DNA of 64,000 bases from positions 1,178,001-1,242,000 of the forward strand of contig NC_081333.1 of the NCBI RefSeq assembly GCF_022539665.2, written 5' to 3'. The DNA is from Daphnia carinata (lineage: Eukaryota). The notes under the pieces are model-generated. The model saw only the letters and a program-made list of their open reading frames with translations. It was not told the DNA's origin and did no database searches. Shown here in pieces: positions 40,525 through 50,950 of this stretch. Made by a program: the position numbers and the translations under genes. Position 1 is the first letter of the stretch, and each line of letters opens with the position of its first letter.

Positions 40525-43178
40525 GGTGAGAAGATATACGCAAGTAGAACAGCCCGCTACTGGTACACAATCACTGACGCACAACAGCAAGAGCTGGCGA
40601 GACAAGCTATCGACTTACAATGACAAAAATAAGAAAAGAACCCAACAGTTCCCTGTCGTCTACTGCGATGCATGAAGAATGTTGGCCTTTTGTCCCTTTC
40701 GATTACCTTCCGTTGATCGCTTTTCAGCTGCACCAGGGAGATTCAGCATTCCTGGAAATGCTGGAAGTGCAAAAGAAGGGATACGTGCTTGCAGTACAGG
40801 ATGTTTCGAGTGGTTACATCGTACTCAATACGTCACGGACGAAACCGGTATACGCATTGCGTAAGTTATATCTTCAGCCCCCCCTCAAACTAAATTCCCA
40901 TACGTTCGATAAATCGAACATCTAATACGAATGATTTGATTTCTCCTATTCATTTTATCTACCGTGGGATTGGTAAGAGACCGATCAACGCTTGATCGAC
41001 GAGATGTGGGGACACGACAGATCAAGTACTTCCGTCGCGCCCCTCCCTTCAAGATTGATTGCTACACATGCTGCAAAGTGGAGGATGACTCCAGGAAATG
41101 CTGGAAGCAATACCCTTTTTAGCGGGACATTAGGGGGAGGACCGTTGGAACTCACGTACTATGTACGTATAAACTGTATACTTATCTGACCTGTAAAAAT
41201 CCTTTTTGATTGATGAAGTACAACTTCCTCATCAAGTTTGATCCTCCCATTCATATGGAACTGAGACTACAATTTCCTCCTACTGGGTGTACACAAATGC
41301 TCTGCATTAGGGGAAATAGCAATTGAATAATCAGCGAGGCATTGAGCTACTGGGAATTCGATCAAAGGGCCTGATGCCGTAAAAGCGGATTCCTGATGGT
41401 CTTTTTTTGCTAGTTAGGTTCTTCCAGCTGAAAATAGAATAAGAAAATAAGACGCCTGGGAAAATGAACATTTCTACATGGAAGATGAAATATTATTGTT
41501 CTTGCTGTGCACGGAGATTAAAGAGATCATCAAGAACATCGTTACTGCCGATTAAGTGAAGAGCACGAACAGCGGACACTTCAAAACAAATGACAAGCGT
41601 TCGAAAAATGCATGTCTAAGCTGTACAGAAAATTGCTTTACATCGCTCTGCGTTTTTTTTTTGTTTTTTTTGTTACAAAGACGTTCATTTAGCAGTGGGA
41701 TATTAGAGATAAGCGGCCACGATGTTGGAACGATTCAACATCAGACACTCAAGTCTCTATTGTTCTATAATTTAGAAGTCTGAATGGACGTCCCATTAAG
41801 TATGAATGCCGGTCGGAAGAGCTGCTTTTCATCCGGATGTGTCGAAGCCTCTACTCTTTTTATTCCCATCACGTTTAAAAAATTAAGAGGCTGTATGTCT
41901 TGTTTTGGTCAGGGACATCAAACAACGTCGAGCGAGTCGGAAAAGCCCCAGACCGCACTGAATTTTGAAAGTCGGCTGGAACCATATGGTACCGCCATCT
42001 GCTTCTATCCAGTGCAACTCGTTCTTCTACTTACAAAAACACGGAATACAAACGATAAACAATAGAAAAAGGGAAAACAAAAAGAAAGAAAAATGCAACG
42101 CTAATCACGTAGCTCACATTCTATTCACAAGCTGTTACATTGGACCATATGATTCGCGATTCCGGCAGATTGTGGTGAATTTTCGCCGATTTGGAAGCCA
42201 ATCCCTAACTCGTCTCTTTACTACAGAAGCACACAGTGGATCTGGAAGCCTTGCAAGTGGTTTAAAGTCAGACCTTTGACGCCAGCCCTTTTTGTTGGAC
42301 ATAACAACAAAAGTTAAGGGTATAGGCTAACGTTATTGTGCTCATATTGCTGGGGCTTTATTGGGCAACGGAATACCAAGGAAATGAGCTGGAAATTTTG
42401 ACGAACAGCGTTGACAAGTTCGTATGTTAATTCGAGTCTCTTTCCTGCCGTTCGGAAAGTGCGTAGCAATACTATTGCGAAAATAATAGCAACGTTCGTG
42501 ACCAGTCATAGCCTGCATTGCAGATGAATGCCTTTGGAAGGGAAAAAGAAAACAAAACAACACCAACCGAACCTGGAACAAGGCCAAGTCCGAAGTTTCT
42601 TGGCGGTACCCAGTTATAACTGAACGTATTGCACCTATACAAACGTTGTTGATTTCATTCGCCCATTGTTGGTCGCATTATAATCGCAGGACTTTAACCA
42701 ATGGCATTACCAATAAATAAACAAAACGCAGAACAATGAAGCCATGTCTTGTGTTTCGCCTTTGCCATATTCATATTTCACAATGTGAAACAACACAGGA
42801 AAAATGAATCTGCGCTGGGCCGTCAGCGCAGATGAACAGGAAGCCCCATACGTTGGTGTATGGCGGTAAGTAGCACCTGATATCGATTCAGGCAGCCTTT
42901 AAGTGTAACAGGGCAAACACATAACGCAAAAACCAGGCAAGGTTGTTTGAAAACTTTTTTAAAACGTAAATCGCTATCGCCATCGTCAGTTCCATCGCTA
43001 GAACACGCAGACTCGGTACGTTTTTTTTGTCCGAACGCGAGTGCAATCGGCCCAATCCAAGTGCTGTACGCAAATTGTTCACTGTGAAACTGTCGTTGGG
43101 TTACCGAACAATGCGCTAGATTTCTGTCAACTAATTAATTGGGACATTTTCCAACAATTTATCATTGCAACCTGAGTG

Positions 43179-43640
43179 ATGGACATAGGTGACAAGCGAG
43201 TAGATATTGACGCTCTATTGCGTTTGTTCACGTGCCCAGGCTGCGGGAATCCTGCCAACAAGCCGCCGCTATTCCAGTGCGTCAAAGGTTGGTACACACA
43301 TATTTCTTGCATAACTACATCATTATCATAAACTAGATACGTCCCTAGATTTAAATCAAAAAGTGTAGGCATTAGAAGGAATCATTGAGTGTGAAACGGG
43401 TAATAGGAAATGAATTTTGAAAACACAAAATTTTCCTTTTTACTTTACGTTTGGAACCAAGGTCACGTAGCCTGTTCCAGCTGTTCCGTCAATTGTCGAG
43501 GCTCCTGCCCAACCTGTCGCCAGCGAATGACCACTGAACGAAATTTCTGGATGGAAGAGGCTTCTACTTGCATTACATTTCCTCTTCGAACAGCAGGTAA
43601 AAGAAAAAAAAAACGCTTTACATGGCTCTATTATTGCTAG
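43179..43640 (+). CDS. SINA/Siah-like RING-finger gene (short or truncated paralog)
   Basis: Exon 43179-43287 (MDIGDKRVDIDALLRLFTCPGCGNPANKPPLFQCVKG) splices in phase 1 to 43462 (HVACSSCSVNCRGSCPTCRQRMTTERNFWMEEASTCITFPL). Together they form a C3HC4 SINA-type RING with an RNxxME motif. The 3' end is uncertain: either a donor at 43597 or read-through to a stop at 43640. Confidence 0.7.
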
Positions 43641-45037
43641 TTCGTCGAACGTTGTTACAGTTCATTAAGTTTCGTTAAGTAGAGTTGCTTCGTTGAAACT
43701 GTTTTTGAGTTTTCACAATCAGTTATAATTTTTGTCTCCCGGAGAAAATCAAGCGATAGCGAAGCAGCGCAGCGTCATAATCGCGTTACGTGTATGTCGT
43801 TGCTCGTCGTTGTGCTGTGCCTAGCGAGATGGTTAGAGTGAACAGCAATTACTGGGAAACGGAAAGTGAGGCACGAGAAAAAATAACGTCGTAACCAGGT
43901 AAACGGCGGTGAACTTTGGAGTCTTTAAAAGCATTCAATAGCAAGGGCCGAGATTCATAGCAAAAGTTAGAAAAACAAAATATACCTCCTTTATGATCAA
44001 ACGAAAGATGTTCCATTTTTAGATAAAAGACTTTGAAGAAAGCGAATCTTTTAAATGAAATTAGAAGAAACGAAATCTCGTGATGGAAATTCATAATTTT
44101 TTTTCCACCTCTCAACTATCGCTTTCGTCCGGCCAGCATTTTCGTGGTGTTGGAAATTGAACAAATAGCCAAACGATGGCAACCTTCCAAGTGTCTAAAA
44201 AAATTTTCTTGACGAAAAGGAAAAAAAAAAATAGTAATAAAATAAAAATAAATAGAAAAACAGATACGCCAAACCCTAAAGAGCAAAAATTAGTTTGGCT
44301 GGCTGCCTAAAACATAAAATCCACTATCAGGACGCGATTTAGCGCCCAAAAAGTCAGCTACTGTTGCCTGGTGGTTCATTTCCCTTTCAATAGGGAAATG
44401 ACGTGGAAAGTCAGCCACCATCGGCTTATACATTATCATACTAAATAAGGTTTTTCCCTAAAAATCAACGGAGCTCACCGCCATCCGTAGATAATGTATT
44501 CTAATCGGCGACACAGTCAGTGATGTTTTAAGAAAATAAAGACAATCTGATTGGCTTTAAGGCACATTTTGCCACAAACTGCCTATTAAACGTTTCGATT
44601 GATTTAATGTCTTTTTTTTTAAATCATCATTTCTTTCGTTAAATCATCGACAGCAGCTGATAGAAATGGCATGAAACACTGAAACATTGGCCATCTCAAC
44701 TCGAACGACTCCCTTTTTTTTTCATCAGCGTTGTAGCCTACGCCAACTATTTCCATATTTTCGACGTCGACCATACCCAGTGCAGTCGTCAGTGGTTTGC
44801 CCAGCAGGCTAGCCGCCAGATCCGTCAGCTCCCGTTCGAGATCTCCCCTGAACTATATATGCGAACCTAGTTGCAAAAAAACAAAAACACTGCTCTTTGC
44901 ATAGTGAGTGCCTGTTGGAATTACTTTGAAAACAATCATTTCATCTACCAGTGATTGCGGGAAGAAAAACAAAAACAAATCGGGGAACATACACATCATC
45001 AAAAAAACAAACGTAGACTGTAGGCCATTAGTGTGAG

Positions 45038-45687
45038 ATGGCCAGTCATTCGATGCCCAATGGGCGAGGTTACGGCGAAGCCAAATCTCCAACGATAGCG
45101 CTGGCTCGGCAGAGCAGCATCCGTAAATCATCCGCTGGGGACTTGGGATCCAGCACACTTCCATCGTTGGGAACGGCCGGCCGCCTTGTTGATTACGATG
45201 CATTGATTCGTCACTTTGACTGTCCTGTGTGCCATGACTGGGTCACTCCACCAATTGTCCAGTGCCGCAAAGGTCATATCGTTTGCGGCCCGTGTAAATC
45301 CAAAGGCCTGAAGGCATGTCCGATATGTAAGCAGCGCTTCAGTGATGTACCCAACTGGATGATGGAACAGGTAAAGGACCTCGCAAGTAAACATCTTATT
45401 CTATGAGATTTATTTTGCTTTTCATTTGTTTGAAGGTGTCGCTTGTCATCGCCTTCCCGTGCAAGTTCCAGGGCAACGGCTGCCGTGTTTACAGTGAGCT
45501 GATCCACAAGACGGCCCACGAAGCCCTATGCTCCTTTCGGCCCGTTTCCTGTCAATACGCCGTTCGTGGATGCACTCAGATATTGCTCTATCACCTGATG
45601 GAGAAGCATGTCCTCGAGTGCCGTTTCAAACCTCCTAATCTACAGAATCAGTTGAGTTCGTCATCACACGGCAGCTCCAACAACTGA
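45038..45687 (+). CDS. SINA/Siah-like E3 ubiquitin ligase-like protein (RING plus two Zn fingers, no substrate-binding domain), 194 aa
   Basis: Exons 45038-45370 and 45436-45687. RING: FDCPVCHDWVTPPIVQCRKGHIVCGPC...CPICK. It continues with NWMMEQV, then the SIAH-type fingers FPCKFQGNGC...H..HEALCSFRPVSC...GC....HLMEKHVLEC, and stops after a short Ser-rich tail. Confidence 0.88.
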
Positions 45688-45966
45688 TCTGAATTTGTTA
45701 AACGGTATGGCCTTCTGACAGTCAACCGACGCGAGGGCCAAATTAGAACGTTACTCCACGTTTGCATTAACACAACACACTCACTCACACACATACACAC
45801 AGACGAATCACACTATAAAAGAAATCTTACGTCTACGTGTTACTCAACTACATTTGTATTTGCATTATATTTCACTTCTTTGAAAATATACTGTACATCC
45901 CCTTCACTGGACTTGATGGACATGCTATTTCTTTCATCGTAGTGGTGATAATGATCCATAGTAATA

Positions 45967-48900
45967 CTAAACAATCGCATTGGCCATAGCCTTGATCCCG
46001 TTCCAGGCTTCGGTCGCAACGGGAGCGATCAACGTAGTCGGCGTGACGAAGCCATCAGGCGTGTTCCGCAGTTCCAAAGTGTAGCCATGGACGATGCCCA
46101 GAGTGCCATAAACATAGTCCTTAGTCGTTCCGGATGTAAAGTCTACGCAAATGATAAACAATGATACGTTGGGTCAATGTTTTTAAGGCCATCAAAGTAA
46201 CGCTTACAAAGAACTTCAGAGCCTGGACCGAATGGATACTTAGTGCCGTAAGTTGCTTCAATGGCCGCTGCACCTGCCGTCATGATTCTCTCCTGATATA
46301 AGGATTGCAAATGATGGGTTGTTTTTAAAGGTCTTTTCATTGAACGATACCATTTCGGCGTAGTCGACAGGACGTTCGGTCGTGTAACCGTAAGGCGAAA
46401 TCCACACTTGTGCGTTATTGTGGATGGAGACGACTGCCTTTGCACGGCCTTGCAGATTTAATAGGATGTCTCTCATGGCTTGTGACTCAGCTTCTGAGAA
46501 GGCTGAAGGTCCACCGTATGTATCTGAGCACGGACTGTCGGAGCTCCCAACGCCCCCAAAGTTGGCATCGAAGTTTCGATTGGTGTCCACACCTATACAT
46601 TGTTCCGTGCGTGTTGCATTTACGTATTCTTTTTCTTTAGCTGTTTTGATTCTAAATTCCTTCGATCGATATGCTTACCAATGCAGGGAGATGAGGGATT
46701 TATTTTTCGATTCTTCCGCCAAAGCCGGTCCTATTTTTTTTAAGGGGATAAAAAAAAAATTAGGGACATTTGTAAAACAAAAAACAAGGAAGAAAGTACG
46801 TAAACAAGGAAGACACTGTTGCACAAGCCCGCTAAAGTAGCAATAAAATGTCAATAGGAAATGACCTCCTATGGCGAGTTGGGATTCATTAATGGAATTA
46901 ATAATCCGATCAAATACCAGAGAAAAAAGCCATACATCTGATATGGTCACTTCGAACGTACACATACGTATATCTTATTTTTACAAATAACTCGAAAACC
47001 AATTCGCTGACGGCAATTCTGACCTGATATTGGAAATCAGCATTGAAATTTCATTAAAATCAGTAAATTTTATCGAATTCTGAGTCACGTCCAAATTCTG
47101 TGTTTTTTGAAAAATAGCAAAGGCTATAGCCTTCCCACTTTTGCGATTTTCGGCCAAATCCGAACTTATGCTAAAATCCCCTTATTTCCATCCAACACTG
47201 AGCTGTGATTACAAAAAAATTGGTTTGTTTTGGGTTTGAATCTATAGTTCAGAATATTTAACAGAATACTAGCGCGCCAGTTCACTATAGCGCTAGCGCT
47301 ATGCAGTAGAAATAGTCAGCGTATTTTCAAAATGGTTGGCTTCATGAAAAAATAGCAATTTTCTCGGAATCAGCATTCAATTGCAAGTATATACTGTGAT
47401 ACTCAACAATTTCCCATGAGTGCCAATTTTTGCAGAAAAATTTTTTGAGCACGACTAAATAAGCCCGACTTTTCTTATTTTTTGTTTTTTTTGTTTTTTA
47501 CGTTTAATTAAAAAACCATAAGGCCCATTGGAAAATAAACTTGATTTCCGTGATAAGCATTCAATTTTGAATCGAAATCATGTATTTTAAGCGAAATTTA
47601 AAATTTAGCCAAAAATGAAAAAGTGCAAAGGCTATAGCCTTCCCACTTTTGCGATGTTTGGCCAAATCCGACCATATGCTGAAAACGATTGATTCCTACT
47701 CGAAATTGAACGAGGATTACGAAAATCTGGTTTGTTTTGACGTGAGGCTTGTAGTTTTTTTGCAACCGGACTCAATTGAGTAAAATCGACTTATTCGAGA
47801 AAGCTTTATTTTTACAAATACAACAAAAATAATCTGCTAACGCCCAATCTACCCTGAAATTTGAGACTTCTGTCAAAGTTTAATCAACATTGCTTAGTTT
47901 TATCGAATTCTAAGACATGACCCAAATTTGCATTTTTCGAAAAATAGCAAAGGGTATAGCCTTCCCATTTTCTTGATTTTTGGTCAAATTTGACATTACA
48001 CTAAAACCGCTAGAGCCCCACATAAAATTGAACGAGAATTAGTTCGAATGCATACGTACGTTCAACCACGAATGGACATATCCATCGGGATTAGAAACGG
48101 GCGTGATGAACCAGTCGAAGCGGTCCAGCAAACCGGTAATCTCCGGAACTTGGCCGTACAGCGTAGTGAGCTAAAATAAATTGATTTCACATCACGCTAT
48201 CGTTAAACGAGGTACTGAAAACACAACACAAAATATTTGAACGTTGAATGTGCACCGACTGTTGTGTTAGCAAAGCAGTCAGGCCTCAAACCTCGTCAAT
48301 AATCCAAATACAAGTCGAGTGTGCTATCCATTCTCTGGCATGCATTCCACATTCCAAATAAATAGCTGGCTTGGTGTCGCCCCCGCCGCTGGTGATACGC
48401 GCCGTCACAATGTCGCGAGACTCGTACGATACGCCGATAGTGCTGACGCTCACCATGGAGTTATTGCTGGCCAACTGATTCAAGTAGCCGATAATCTGCG
48501 AGTGTAAGAGTACGACGCGCTGTAGTGCTTACGCATAGAAAGATTAGCAGTGATCAAAAATGTTAAACCTCTTCGTAGGTGTGGTAAGTCTCAGTGAACC
48601 TGCTTCCCGCAGCAATGCTATTGGCGTTCTCTGCTTGCCTTTTATCGAGGAAACTAAAAGCGCAGGTGAAGTCCCGCAAAAGCGCGCGAGTAAACCATTA
48701 AGAATACGAGCTGCTTATCGTCATGACTTCCGGTTCACCTTTGAACGTCATCCATAAGCGTCGAAGGTTGCATGCCTTTCGATAGTAGTTCTCGTTCCAG
48801 CAATGCACCATTATCTGTAAAGATGTCCACGGATTCGGCCAACGTGGTGGGATCGCGCCAGAAATCTATCGTTTTAAAATCGGATGGCCATCCTTTCGTG

Positions 48901-49286
48901 TCCGTCGATAGACTCAGATTGACCAAATAGGCTAGCTGCTCCGTCGTTTGGGGAGTCACGCGCAGCAATTTATACCTGTCCGTTGTAACACCAGATTCGA
49001 GATCAGCAAAACGATTGACTTGGATAAGATAAGATGTGGCGTGTTCACGTCATGTTGTTCCTCAGTCACGATCGTATAATTTATTGTCTAGACTGTTATA
49101 GGCTAACAACCTCTTTTCCCCATAATCTTGAGCCAAAAATGAAAAAGGGAAAACGCAAAGACGGACCAGCCAGTTCGGTTTAACTAATAATTTCTTTTAA
49201 AAAGAATAATGTTACCCTTTGTAGTTGGCTTTCTGAGCCCAGGCTAGGGCCACCATAAAGACCGAAAAGATTACCAAGCGCTTCAT
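45967..49286 (-). CDS. M14A zinc carboxypeptidase (carboxypeptidase A/B family) preproenzyme, ~420 aa, 9 exons
   Basis: Exons: 49286-49216 (signal peptide), 48975-48739 (propeptide, DFW), 48653-48569 (YHTYEE), 48495-48292 (GMHAREWI), 48170-48060 (PVSNPDGY), 46730-46679 (DRLWRKNR), 46592-46351 (GVDTNRNF, GPSAFSEAE, SIH), 46292-46208 and 46142-45967 (YTLELR). All are GT-AG and in frame. Zn ligands H69/E72/H196 and catalytic E270 are intact. Confidence 0.95.
46960..48045. repeat. Complex AT-rich repeat (~320-bp period with palindromic AAGGCTATAGCCTT core) in carboxypeptidase intron 5
   Basis: The core AAGG(C/G)TATAGCCTTCCCA occurs at ~47120, ~47628 and ~47950, with recurring TTTTATCGAATTCT and GGCCAAATCCGA motifs. 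The block is homologous to 50950-52650. Confidence 0.85.
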
Positions 49287-50389
49287 GTCGTAGGGCTTTA
49301 TTGCTTCCTTCTTTTTGTGTGTCGTGTGGCACTCGATGACCTCCTCTATTCGAGTCTCCAAACTGCACTGGACAACGCAAAAGAAAACAATTCCATTTGT
49401 ATAGTTTACTTGGACAAGAATTTGTACTTATCCACCCGGGATACGATAGGCCATATCGTGTGATTAGATTTGTTTTTAGTTCTTTAGTCCAATATATACG
49501 ACGCTGCGTGGATGGTTATCGCAACTTTTGTTTGACTGGCGTCGTAGATGTTTGGTTTGCGACAGAAATAGGAATTTCCCACATTTTTGCAGCATTTACC
49601 TTGAACATGAAAAAGATGATCATCTGATGATTCTATATTTACACGCATAACGTCTCTATGCAAATCCGTCACGCGTAGTTGTTTAGGGACGTCCAAGGCA
49701 GCTGCAAGTCACATCGACTTTCGTTTGTTATTATTAATATATATTTTTTTTTGGTCTGTTTAGATTCTTGTTGTGGTTAACGTTCGACGTTTGTTCTCGT
49801 CTCTAAAATCGTGTAGGAAATAGAGTGCCAAGTGTAAATATAAATAAAAACAAGACGCATGTTGGCGATTTTAATTGACGGTTCTATTATTACTTGGACA
49901 GTGCCTGATGCCATCAAACCGTTGCGCGTGCGCGTCTGGATTCAAATGCACTCTTGGGAACTTTAAAGCAAAGGTGGCCAACAAACAAAAACAAATGCTT
50001 CCTAGTGAGAAAGGAGAAACGGTCCCTACATAGCGGAGGGAGTTGCTGATGCAAGAAGAGTCCAACGGACGAATATAGCCATGCCCGCTGCCAACCATTT
50101 GCTTTTTTTTATCGACGAAAGTTATCGACTTTATTAATTGAACTTCTGTCTTTTGATTTACCGTTTATGTCAATGATTTGATAGAGATCTTGCATCGCCA
50201 TGTATAGTGACAATCCACCTTCAACTGATGAAGACACCATCCACTTGGGATTAAGAGTTAATGAGTTATAATTCTGAGTTATAAGACACATGGCGTTTAT
50301 TCAAAATTAAACGAAGAGATTAAATTCGTCTGCATTTTGAGTATATGGTTTACAACTTATTCAAATTTTAAGTGATTTCTATGAAGCCA

Positions 50390-50595
50390 TTTTGATTCCG
50401 TTTTATTGAAAAACCGTTTAATTGATCGGAAAGATAATATTTTATTCGTATCAGCGTTAAATTTTGGTTGTTGCAGGGTAAGTTTCATTGAATGCCTAAT
50501 GAAAATTTAACGCCCGCTTTTGTTGGCAAAAAGAATCGGGTTCAAAAAATAAGCCCGACGAAATAAGACCAGCGAAATAAGCCTGACTTTTTAAG
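50390..50595 (+). repeat. Dispersed ~200-bp repeat (copy 3)
   Basis: GATTCCGTTTTATT and TAATATTTTATTCG are followed by AATAAGCCCGAC-like sub-repeats. Related to 4490-4680 and 39620-39810. Confidence 0.55.
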
Positions 50596-50694
50596 TTCGG
50601 TTTCTAATGTAATGGTGACTTAAATGTAATTTAATGGTGTGACTACGGATGGCGATTAATGGCTTTTGTAGATATTTCAAAGTTTATGTAGATG

Positions 50695-50950
50695 GGAAAG
50701 AGGGATTTATTTTTCGGTTTTTCCGCCAAAGCCAGGCTCTTTTTTAAAAAGGGCATGAAACAAAATCTTCCTCGTTTACGTACTTTCTTCCTTGTTATTT
50801 TTTTTCCAAACTGCCCTAGTTGCACAATCCCGATAAAGTAGCAATAAAATGTCAATAGGAAATGACCTACTATGGCAAGTTGGGATTCATTAATGGAATT
50901 AATAATCCGATCAAATACCAAAGAAAAAAGCCATACATCTGACATGGTAG
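50695..50950 (-). pseudogene. Duplicated fragment of carboxypeptidase exon 6 plus adjacent intron 5 sequence
   Basis: The minus strand encodes LWRKNRKINPS, identical to exon 6 at 46730-46679, and 50820-50948 is nearly identical to 46819-46948. The splice donor and reading frame are degraded. Confidence 0.85.
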
